This document shows, piece by piece, positions 50,261 through 61,731 of a stretch of DNA of 64,000 nt. Source of the stretch: Ranitomeya imitator (taxonomy: Eukaryota); contig NC_091289.1 in NCBI RefSeq assembly GCF_032444005.1, positions 123,256,001 through 123,320,000 of the forward strand, given 5' to 3'. Every line of letters starts with the position of its first letter. Position 1 is the first letter of the stretch. Made by a program: the position numbers and the translations under genes. The notes beneath the pieces were generated by a model that made no database searches, was not told the DNA's origin, and was given only the letters and a program-made list of their open reading frames with translations.

Positions 50261-51811
50261 CTATCCATTATTAATCCAATAGTATGAAATGGTTAAAAAA
50301 ACACACACACAATATTGCAAAGTATTTTAATGAAATAAACACACAGGTTGTTGTAATATTTTATTCCACTCTCAATCCACCTGAAGACCCTCGACCTGTA
50401 ACAAATTAAAAATAATAAACCAACAATATCCCATACCTTCCGATGATCTGTCACGTCCCACGCTGTAAATCCATCTGAAGGGGTTAAATTATTTTACAGG
50501 CAGGAGCTCTGCTAATGCAGCTGTGCTCATGCCAGTAAATCCCCAGCGAATGAATGGAAAGTAGGTCAACGACCTGTAGTTACCTTCATTCGCGGTGATG
50601 CGCCCTCTGCTGGATGTCCTCATATGACCTCGAGGCTGGGAAAATATTCAGAAAAGTTCCCACGCTCGAGGTCATATGAGGACATCCAGCAGAGGGCGCA
50701 TCACCGCGACTGAAGGTAACTACAGGTCATTGACCTACATTACCTTCATTCCCCGGGGTTTTACAGGCACGAGCACAGCTGCATTATAGCAGAGCTCCTA
50801 CCTGTAAAACATTTTAACCCCTTCAGATGGATTTACATCGTGGGACAGATCGATGGAAGGTATGAGATATTGTTGGTTTATTATTTTTACTTTGTTGCAG
50901 GTCGAGGGTCTTCAGGTAGATTGAGAGTGGAATAAAATATTACAACAACCTGTGTGTTTATTTCATTAAAATACTTTGCAATATTGTGTGTGTTTTTTTA
51001 ACCATTTCATACTATTGGATTTATAATGGATAGGTGTCATAATTGACGCCTCTCCATTATTAATCTGGCTTAATGTCACCTTACAATAGCAAGGTGACAT
51101 TAACCCTTCATTACCCCATATCCCACCACTACATGGGAGTGGGAAGAGCGTGGCCAAGTGCCAGAATAGGCGCATCTTCCAGACTTCCAGGCGCATCTTC
51201 CAACTTTTCTGGGGTGGCTGGGGGCAGATGTTTTTAGCCAGGGAGGGCCAATAACCATGGACCCTCTCTAGGCTATTAATATCTGCCCTCAGTCACTGGC
51301 TTTACCACTCTGGCGGAGAAAATTGCGCGGGAGCCCACGCCAATTTTTTCAGCGGCTTAACCCTAAAATTTAATAGCTACAGCGCCCAAATTTTGCACAT
51401 ACACATTACTAACATTAGTAGTGTGTAATATGCATAAAAAATGGGAATATTACATGGTTTACTGTATGTAAACCGTGTCTCATATCATGTCGGGTTTAGG
51501 AAGGAGAAAAGAAAAGCCGGCAATTGAATATATATATATATAGAAAGTACATATGTTTTTATGATTTTTTGAGCACATGGATCCATTGTATGTCCGTATG
51601 TCGGTTTTGCAAGCCTGCGAGAAAATCTCGCAGTACGGATGCCATACGGATTACATATTTCCCACTGACTTGCATTGGGTTTCGTGTTTCGGTCGATCCC
51701 CGACCCGACTTTTCGCGATAATCGGCCGATTTCACTCGACTCGACTTTTGAGAAAGTCAGGTTTCGCAAAAACCGACTCGACCTTAAAAAAGTAAAAGTC
51801 GCTCAACCCTA

Positions 51812-52238
51812 GTGAAGACCAAAGAGCTGTCGAATGACACCAGAAACAAAATTGTAGCCCTGTACCATGCTGGGAAGACTGAATCTGCCATAGGCAAGCA
51901 GCTTGGTGTGATGAAATTCAACTGTGGGAGCAATAGTAATAAAATGGAAGACATACAAGATCACTGATAATCTGCCTCGATCTGGGGCTCCATGCAAGAT
52001 CTCACCCCAAGGAGTTAAAATGATCACAAGAAGCAAAAATCCCAGAACCACACTGGGGGGCCTAGTGAATGACCTGCATAGAGCTGGGACCACTGTAAGA
52101 AAGGCTACCATCAGTAACACACTACGCTGCCAGGGACTCAGATCCTGCAGGGCCAGGCATGTCCCCCTGCTTAGGTCAGTACATGTCTGGGCCCTTCTGA
52201 AGATTACTAGAGAGCAGTTGGATTATCCAGAAGAGTAT
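51812..52238 (+). mobile_element. Tc1 transposase 5' fragment
   Basis: VKTKELSNDTRNKIVAL...[22 protein letters not shown]; interrupted by LTR element 3. Confidence 0.85.
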
Positions 52239-55200
52239 TGTTAGGAGTCGAGTTTCCTCTGCTGCACAGGGGGAATCTTGATCCATGTCTGCTGCGGTCT
52301 CCCATTCTGCATCGGCCGCAGTGGAGCCTGCTCAGCGGAGACGTCGCTCCCAGCATCTCGCTGAGACTGATACGGTGCAAAGGGTTACTACTGCCTCTCC
52401 AGGCTCTGCTATTGTACCCTGCACTGATCTGCAGCGAACGGGCTTTTCTGGGACTAAGTCCTGCTTTGCACACACTGAGCATGCCCAGGGCAAGATCTCT
52501 CAGTGGAGATCTAGGGTCACATGCTCAGGTACTGCAGCAACTTCCATTGGTCCTTCTTGGAAGGTCTTATAGGTGCTAGGACTAAGTTCTGCTTTGCACA
52601 CACTGAGCATGCCCTGGGCAAGATCTCTCAGTGGAGATCTAGGGTCACATGCTCAGGTACTGCTGCAACTCCATTGGTCCTTCTTTGAAAGGTCCTGAAC
52701 GTGCTGCAGCTATATAAGCTTCGCATGACCACACGGCCATGTGCTAGTATACTTTTGTAAACGTGTGTGTGTGTGTTGTGAGTGAAAGTCGTTCTTTAAA
52801 ATCCCCTCCCTATTGTATGACTGCTCGTGGAAGGTGGATGATTGCTATCTACGCCCGACTTAGCCATCAGCACGTAACACACAATACAGTGTCTTATTGC
52901 TGTGACCGCCAGTGCGGCGCCGTGCGCTTTCACAGCACTTTCCTGACCCAAGCCTGGGTGGTTAGTGGCGTCCGCCAGTGCGACACCGCACGCACTCTCG
53001 TGCATCTTTATTATTATTATTTCTGTCACTCTGACACCCCAGTTGCGGTGTCGAGCGCATGAGCTCTATATGAACTCAAATCCTGTGTCTTGGGATTGAG
53101 TTCTGAGACTCCTTGCTTGCGCTCTTGGTGCGGTACTGCGGCCCTGTGACGCAACAGGGTTCGCTTCCTTCACACAGGGTGAAGTAAACCCGTGTGTGTA
53201 TTCACATTGTACCACCATATAGTGCCGCCATTTACTTAGCAGCAGGTTCTTTCCTGCACGGTGGATCCCGGGTGGCGAACGCACCAATCTTACTTAATAA
53301 ATATATTCGGTGCGATCCGCCAACCCTAACATTATACTAACACCAGGATCTGGCTAAGTAAAGGCGGATGAACAGTGATTGCAAGGGTACATCCAGCTGA
53401 TGGAGGTGCAGTTGGCGGTGGATGTTACCGCAATTGCTGTTCAGGCTGCTAGCATGGCTACAGCAGCTTTAACCACTGCCACCCCTGTTCCGACTCTATC
53501 TCACCTCCCTTTGCCTGAGAAATACTCTGGGAACAGTAAGTCCTGTAGGGGTTTCGTGAGCCAGTGTAGTATACACCTCGAGCTCCTGGCTGCACGTTTT
53601 CCCACAAAGGTGGGATTCATAATATCTCTCTTGTCGGACAGGGCGTTGGAGTGGGCTACGCCACTGTGGGAGCGTAACGATCATGTGGTGCGGAGTGTTC
53701 CTCGGTTTCTGGACACTCTGAAACAGGTCTTTGTAGGACCTCAAGTCACCCATGATACAGCGCTCCAACTGCTGGCTTTGACTCAGGGTTCAACCATTGT
53801 CAGCCATTTTGCTGTTCACTTCCGGACCTTAGCGTCTGAGTTGGAATGGCCAGACAAAACCCTCGTTCCCGTATTTTGGAGGGGGCTGGCTGACCATGTG
53901 AAGGAAGCTTTGGCTACTAGGGAGATTCCCGCCACACAGGAGGAGCTCATAGCTGTATCAACTCGCATAGACCTTCGTTTTCACGAGCGAAGGTTGGAGC
54001 GAGCCCAGTGTAGGCAGAGGTTTTGGCTGGCTCCCACCTTCGCCAAACCTTTGGAATCTCCAGTCCAGGCATCTGAGTCACATAATGTTTGTCATGCTTG
54101 CCGGCAGTCATGACATCTTGCCTCCAAGTGTCCTCAGCAGTCGGGGAAACGTCAGCGTCTAGTGGCAGTAGGAGGAGGTACACTAGACACGGCGACGTTT
54201 GCCTCAAAGTTGTCCTTCAAGGGGACAATTACCATAGGCCCATCCACTCTTATGGTAGAGCTATGCGCGGATTCAGGAGCGGAGGGTAATTTTATGTCAT
54301 CCGCTTTCGCCCAGCGTCACGCAATACCCCTGGTGATGCTCACCAAACCAGTAACCGTTCGAGTGGTAAATGGGTCGACACTACCCTCACAGATTACCCA
54401 CCAAACCATTCCTATCACGCTTTCTGTGTCTCCATCACATCAGGAGATTATCTCCCTATTAGTCATTCCTGAGGGAATTGATGAGGTCCTGTTAGGGATA
54501 CCATGGCTGCGCTATCATTTTCCTCATATAGAGTCGTCCTCAGGGAGAATTTTGGGATGGAGTAAATCCTGCGAGGGTAGATGTCAGAGGGAGTGCGTTC
54601 AGGTTGCTACAACACAGGTACCCGCAGATCTTTCCTCTCTCCCCAAGCACTATTGGCCCTATGCAGACGTGTTCTCCAAAAGGGCTGCGGAGACTCTTCC
54701 ACCTCACCGCCCGTATGACTGTCCTATTGACCTCTTGCCTGGTGCTGAGCCTCCCTGGGGTCGAGTCTATCCGTTATCTCTCCCGGAGATGGAGGCAATG
54801 TCTCAGTACATCCAAGAGAATCTGGCTAGTGGATTCATTAGGAAGTCAGTGTCACCTGCAGGGGCTGCGTTCTTCGTACAGAAGAAGACTGGAGACTTAC
54901 GTCCATGCATAGACTACAGGGGTCTTAACGCCATCACCGTTAAGAACAAGTACCCATTACCCCTGATATCTGAACTTTTTGATAGGCTACGGGGAGCAAG
55001 GGTATTTACAAAATTAGATCTGCGGGGTGCCTACAACCTGATTCGCATCCGTGAGGGGGATAAATGGAAGACGGCTTTTAACACCAGGGAAGGGCACTAT
55101 GAATATCTGGTGATGCCATTCGGGCTCTGTAATGCCCCAGCTGTTTTCCAAGACTTTGTGAACGACATCTTCCGGGATATGCTCACCAACTCGGTCGTAG

Positions 55201-57210
55201 TCTATCTGGATGATATTCTCATCTACTCTCCAGATATTGACTCCCATCGGAGAGATGTTCACAAAGTCTTCGACCTCTTACGGGCAAACTCCCTCTACGC
55301 CAAGTTGGAGAAGTGTGTGTTTGAGCAGGAGTCCTTGCCTTTCCTTGGTTATATCATCTCTGCCCAGGGTTTGGCTATGGATCCTGCCAAGCTACAGGCT
55401 GTGATGGACTGGCAGGAACCCCATTCTCTTAAAGCAGTGCAGTGCTTTATGGGGTTCATTAATTACTCTCGCCAGTTCATTCCACACTTCTCAACTTTGG
55501 TGGCTCCCTTGGTTGCCCTCACCAAGAAGGGAGCAAATTCCAAGTTGTGGTCAGAGGAGGTCTCCAAAGCCTTTCTCTCGATTAAGTCACACTTCGCTAG
55601 CGCTCCCATCCTGCATCGCCCCGATGTAGATAAACCATTTATCATGGAGGTGGATGCCTCATCCGTTGGTGCTGGAGCAGTCCTTTTCCAAAAGGATGCT
55701 CAAGGTCGGAAGCATCCTTGCTTCTTCTTCTCCAAGACCTTCACACCAGCAGAGAGGAATTATTCCATCGGGGACAGGGAGTTGCTAGCCATGAAGTTGG
55801 CTTTTTCTGAGTGGAGAAACCTCTTGGAGGGAGCTCGCTTTCCCTTCCAAGTGTTCACTGACCACAAGAACTTGGTATATACAGTATACAGACGGCCCAG
55901 CGGCTGAATTCTCGCCAGGCTAGATGGTCCCTGTTCTTCTCCCGGTTCCATGTTACTCTCCATTTTCTCTCCGGGGAGAAGAACATTCGTTCTGACGCTC
56001 TCTCCCGCTCCGTAGTGTCATCTGAGGAGGAGGAGCCTCGGCTTATTGTCCCTTCTGAGAGCCTGAGAACTGTGGCTCCGGTTTCGCTAGAGTCCGTGCC
56101 CCCGGGCAAGACTTTCGTACCAGCGAATTTGCGACCAGAGGTTCTCTCTTGGGCTCACTCGTCCACAGTGGGTGGACATTTTGGGACCAAGAGGACATCT
56201 GAGCTTTTGGCGAGGACGTACTGGTGGCCGCATATGGCCCGTGACGTCGGGGACTATATTTCAAGCGTGTGTCTCCTCCGCCCAGAATCGGTCTCCTCAG
56301 CAACGGCCTGCTGGTTCACTTTACCCCATGCCGGTGGCAGACAGGCCCTGGGAGATGGTCAGGATGGACTTCGTGGTGGGCTTTCCCAAGTCTCATAGCT
56401 GCACCATTATCTGGGTAGTCACCGATCATTTTTCTAAGATGGTGCATTTGGTGCCGCTTCCACGGTTACCTTCTGCACGGGCCGGGCCTTGGCGGTGTTT
56501 TTCATAAAACATATTTTCCGTTTACATGGAATGCCTGATAAAATTGTCAGCGACCGGGGTCCCCAGTTTGCGTCTCGGTTTTGGAGAGAGCTCTGCCGTT
56601 TACTCAGCATAGAGCTGAATCTCTCCTCTGCATATCATCCCGAGACGAATGGGTTGGTAGAGAGAACCAACCAGACTCTGGTGACATACTTGCAACATTT
56701 TGTCTCTGCTAGGCAGGATGACTGGGCATCTTTGCTACCTTGGGCGGAATTTGCATTGAACAACGCCGTAGCCGATTCCACTGGTCAGACTCCTTTTCTC
56801 CTTAATTACGGCCAGCATCTGCGTGTCCCTGTGCCCATGCCCGTGTCATCCACCGATTCTAGGGTGGCAGACTGGGCGGTGGAGGCATGTGATATCTGGG
56901 ACCACACACAGGATGCCATCTGGGCCTCCAAGGAGAGAATGAGGGTATGAGCTGATACACACCAGCGCCCCGCTCCGACCATTACTCCTGGCAACTTAGT
57001 GTGGCTCTCTGCCCATAACATCAGGCTTCGAGTTGAGTCAACTAAGTTTGCGCCTCGCTACATTGGCCCGTTCAAGGTTCTGGAACAGGTCAACCCTGTG
57101 GTCTACCGTTTGGCTATTCCTCCACGCCTTGGTATCACCGTTACTTATCACGTTTCCCTCTTAAAGCCCGTTCATTTGTCCCGGTTTTCTGAGTCATCTG
57201 CCGGGACGTC
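52239..57210 (+). mobile_element. Sushi-type Gypsy element 3 (different family), 3'-truncated
   Basis: 5' LTR 52239-53331 (TG...CA); gag LPLPEKYSGN; CHAC..HLASKC with TGA; ADSG protease; YLDD; RNase H; frameshifted integrase; no chromodomain or 3' LTR. Confidence 0.92.
53379..57200 (+). pseudogene. Gag-Pol of element 3 (RTL/PEG10-related gag)
   Basis: ORFs 53379-54113 and 54162-55907 share one frame across a TGA; integrase split over 56015-57200. Confidence 0.9.
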
Positions 57211-57535
57211 ACCGCTGTGCTCTGCTTTACGGCCAGCCGGCACTGACACAGTGCAGGGAAGCTGACGCCGGGGGACGTGACAGACACCGGAATGTGAGTA
57301 TGTACTGTTTGTTTTTTTAACTTTTACAATGGTAACCATCGGGTTACTAAGCGCGGCCCTGCGCTTAGTAACCTGATGTTTACCCTGGTTACCCGGGGAC
57401 TTCGGCATCGTTGGTCGCTGGAGAGCTGTCTGTGTGACAGCTCTCCAGCGACCACACAACGAACTAAACAGTGATGCTGCAGCGATCGGCATCGTTGTCT
57501 AAATCGCTGCAGCGTCGCTAAATGTGACGGTACCT
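57205..57535. mobile_element. Right half of an AGGTACC-family MITE
   Basis: Matches the arms of 4398-5099; ends GTGACGGTACCT|TA. Confidence 0.85.
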
Positions 57536-57584
57536 TATGGTTTGCAATATAGAATGAAAGATGCTGATGATGTAGTGTGATGAC

Positions 57585-58010
57585 ACAGCATTTGTTCTTG
57601 ATTAGGCCATGCATGTCTTTCTTCAGTGGATCAAGAGACATAGGCAATTGTTAATATGAGCCTGAACATTGACTCTTTAATTAATGTTTATTGCATTTGT
57701 AACAACACAACATTTGTTCTGGATTAGGCCAGATTTGTCTTTTGGTAGGTCAAGAGACCTAAGCCATTGTTCATTTGAGCCTGAATGTTTACTCTAGAAT
57801 TGATATTTGCTGCATCTTATTGTGCAGCAAGAATACAGGAGTGCATGGTAATTGAACAATCAATGTTTGCTAATATGTTAATTCCCTTAATGTTTACTCG
57901 TGAATTGATATTTGCTGCAACTTATTGTGCTGCTATCCTTGGAAGACAGGAATGCATGGTAATTAAACAATCAATGTTTGATAATATTTTAATACCCATT
58001 GTGTTTTCCT
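57585..58010. repeat. Two adjacent degenerate ~125-130 bp tandem duplications
   Basis: CATTTGTTCT(T/G)GATTAGGCCA at ~57587 and ~57711; AATGTTTACTC..GAATTGATATTTGCTGCA at ~57784 and ~57889. Confidence 0.7.
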
Positions 58011-58065
58011 GCAAACAGTGAAGGACAAACTACACTGATTGAGTGAATACTCAAACAATGTAAAA

Positions 58066-59899
58066 AGGGGTCACATATGGGGGTTCTGCTGTTCTGGCAC
58101 CTCATGGCCTCTTCCAGTGGGTCATGGCACCTGCAAACCATAATAGTAAAATCTCTCGCTTCTTGCCTTTTGAGCTTTGCACTGTGCCTGAAAAATATTT
58201 CCCAATTTCATGTAGGACTTTGGCACACTCACGAAAAAATGGACCTCAGTTTGTTGTAAAAAAAAATTCCTATTTGCCCTTAGAAAAATGAAAAACTTGG
58301 GGATAAAACAACATTTTAATGGTAAAAATGCCATTTATTATTTCTTCATCACTCAGTGGTATAAAATTCTGTGAGGCACATGTGGTGTCAATATGATTAC
58401 TACACCCCTAGATTAATTCATTGGGGAGTGTAGTTTGTAAAATGAGTTCACACATAGGGAGTTTCTGTTGTTCTGGCACCTCAGGGGATCTGCCAATGTG
58501 ACATGGGACTCTCAAACTATTCCAGCAAAATCTGAACTCCAATATGGCGCCTCTTACCTTTTGAGCTTTGCACTGTGCTTCAAAAGTACTATTTCTCCAC
58601 ATATGGGGTATCGGGTATCCTCGTACTCAGAAGAAATTCCACAACAAATTTTATTCTGCAATTTTTCTTGTTACAGTTCCGAAAATGCAAAATTTGGGGC
58701 CAAAATAACATTTTTGTGGGGAAAATGTGATTTTTTTATTTTCACGGCTTAACGTTATAAACTTCTGTGAAGCATCTGGGGGTTGAAGGTGCTCAATACA
58801 CATCTAATTACATTCCATGAGGGGTCACTTTTCCAAAATGGGGTCACTTGTGGGTTTTTTCACTGTTTAGGCACATCAGGGGCTCTCCAAATGGGACATG
58901 ACGTCACTAATGATTCCAGGAAAACTTACATTCAAAAAGTCAAATGGCGCTCCTTCCCTTCTGAGCCCTGACATGTAACAGTAGTTTTCTCTCTCATATT
59001 GGGTATTGGCATACTCAGGAGATTCTGCACAACAAATTGTATGGTGCAATTTCTTTTGTTACCCTTATGAAAAAGCAATATTTTGTGCTAAAAATATATA
59101 TTTGTGGGGAAAATTTGATTTTTTTTATTTTTACGGCTCAACTTTATAAACATCTGTGATGCACCTGAGGGTTCAATGTGCTCATCACACATTTAGATCA
59201 GTTCCCTGAGGGGCCTAGTTTCCAAAATGGTGTGACTTGTGGTATTTTCATTGTTTAGGCACATAAGAGGCTCTCCAAATGCGACATGGCGTCCGCCAAT
59301 TGTGCCAGCAAATTTTTGCATTCAAAAAGTCAAAGGGTGCTCCTTTTCTTCCGTGCGCCCAAACAGTGGTTTTCTCCAACATATTTTAGGATGGTGTCAC
59401 TTTTGTGTATCTTCTATCATATAGACCCCTCAAAGGGACTTCTAATGTGATGTGGTCCCTAAAAAAATGGTTTTGTAAATTTTGTTGTAAAAGGTAGAAA
59501 TGGCTGGTCAATTTTTAACCCTTGTAACTTCCTAGCAAAAAAAAGTTTGGTTAGAAAATTGTGCTGGTGTAAAGTAGACATGTGGGAAATATTACTAATT
59601 ACGGTATGTATTTTGTTTGACATATATCTGTGATTTAATGGCATGAAAATTCAAATTTGTAAAATTGTGAAATGTTAAAATTTTTGCCAAATTTCAGGTT
59701 ACTTTTACAAATAAACGCAAGTCATGTCAAACTTTTTTCTCTACTATAATGAAGTGCAATGTGTCACAAAAAAACCATCTCAGAATTATCAGGATCTGTT
59801 GAAGCTTTCCAGAGTTATAACGACAAAAAGTGACAGTGGTCAGAATTGTAAAAATTGTCCTGGTCAGTAGCGTACAAACCACCTTTGAGGGTAAAGAAG
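58066..59899. mobile_element. piggyBac-like non-autonomous element, right part, with internal ~400-bp repeats
   Basis: Recurrent GTACTCAG(G/A)AGA / GGGGTCAC / CTCTCCAAATG blocks; ends GAGGGTAAAGAAG|TTAA. Confidence 0.55.
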
Positions 59900-60660
59900 T
59901 TAAAGGAAAGTAGCTCTACCAACAATACCGGACACAATCCATGGACAAGAATAATGATTATTTTTAAGTTAAAAAGCAATGGTTTTCAAATCATATGCAA
60001 TGTCTATGAGGTTACTCTAGTTCAGGCTAAGACTTTGCCCTGTGTTATATTCTTCTTATCAAGATGTTAAGTATATACAGTGATCAGAAAAGTGAAGGCA
60101 ATTTATTTTCCCCATGCAAAACTGCTTATAAAATACTTTTGGGTGTTAGGCTTCCTTTAACATGCTCAGCATATATTACCTTGGATTCACTTCGAGGAAA
60201 ATATGTAATACAAATCAACAGGAGTGAGTTCATATCCATAAGATGACAGATAATTGACATACCTGCTTTAGTCCCAAGTGCATTTTCTAAAACACAAATA
60301 AAGATAATGATAAAAGGAGGGTCAGATAGAGTATATTGCAAGAACCTGAGATTTATGGCAAATGAAAAGCTGATTAGATATCTCTCCCAGATGGGACTCA
60401 GGAGGACTATGACAGGATGACATCAAGTTATTAAGAGTAGTCGGATTTATGAGTGAAATGGAAAGGAACTTTGCTTTTGTCCTGTTTTCTTCCAAATACA
60501 GAACAGGTAATAGGATTCTTGAAAAAGACTTAGGGCATTTCAGGATGTTTAGCCAAGGCTAATATGAAGACATTTGTTTTAGCAAATATTTGGAAATAGA
60601 TGACCTTCTCCTGGCCTGATAATTTATTCCACAGTGTCCATCTTAGTATAATATTATGAT

Positions 60661-61424
60661 TAGTGTTGAGCATTCCGATACCGCAAGTATCGGGTATCGG
60701 CCGATATTTGCGGTATCGGAATTCCGATACCGAGATCCGATATTTTTGTGATATCGGGTATCGGTATCGAATCAATAGGGATGTGTAAAATAAAGAATTA
60801 AAATAAAAAATATTGATATGCTCACCTCTCCGGCGGCCCCTGGACTTCACGCTGCTATCCGGGAGGCTTCTTTGTTTAAAAAGCGCGCCTTTCGGACCTG
60901 TGAATGACGTCCCGGCTTCTGATTGGTCGCGTGCCGCCCATGTGACCGGCACGCGACCAATCAGAGGCTGCGACGTCATTCGCAGGTCCTCAATTCCTAG
61001 AATTAGCAGTTTTGTGAATGAGAATGACGTCGCGGCTTCTGATTGGCCGCGTGCCGGTCACATGGGCGGCACGCGACCAATCAGAAGCCGGGACGTCATT
61101 CACAGGTCCGAAAGGCGCGCTTTTTAAACAAAGAAGCCTCCCAGATAGCAGCGTGAAGTCCAGGGGCCGCCGGACAGGTGAGCATATCAATATTTTTTAT
61201 TTTAATTCTTTATTTTACACATCCCTATGGATCCCAGGGCCTGAAGGAGACTTTCCTCTCCTTCAGACCCTGGGAACCATGAGAATACCTTCCGATACTT
61301 GATGTCCCATTGACTTGTATTGGTATCGGATATCGGTATCGGCGATATCCGATATTTTTCGGGTATCGGCCGATACTATCCGATACCGATACTTTCAAGT
61401 ATCGGACGGTATCGCTCAACACTA
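60661..61424. mobile_element. Complete hAT-type palindromic MITE
   Basis: TIR TAGTGTTGAGC; 8-bp TSD ATTATGAT at 60653-60660 and 61425-61432. Confidence 0.92.
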
Positions 61425-61731
61425 ATTATGATTAATACAGACTGGCTGACTGTACAGAAATATTTCTACAAAAACATTAGAAAACTAGAACACAATTGGT
61501 GACATGTTAGTTGGATATTGGATATAATTTTGATTTAGTTAAACATTAAAGAGTTTGTCCACTACTTTGATAACCCGATCTTAAATGCTGTAGTCATCGG
61601 TGTAAAATTAGAAAGACTTGGGGTAAATAAAAATGATAAAGGGTACACAGATGTCTTTCCAACTTTGATGACTCCAAGTGTAAAGGAAATTTCATAGGTG
61701 ATAATTTGCTTGAACCCAAATACACCTTGAA

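Larger units (their letters stand above)
43511..51811. mobile_element. Large palindromic hAT-like MITE (left end lost) hosting two LTR insertions
   Basis: Pieces 43511-43644 + 49441-49467 + 50261-51811; palindrome centred ~50648; arm end 43511 pairs with ~51183; right TIR GTCGCTCAACCCTA. Confidence 0.75.

Noticed and set aside
54141-54150. GGGAAAC, the PEG10-type -1 slippery heptamer, after the CCHC knuckle of element 3
   Set aside because: The knuckle and pol are already in one frame (GGG AAA CGT), so no frameshift is needed; vestigial or coincidental.
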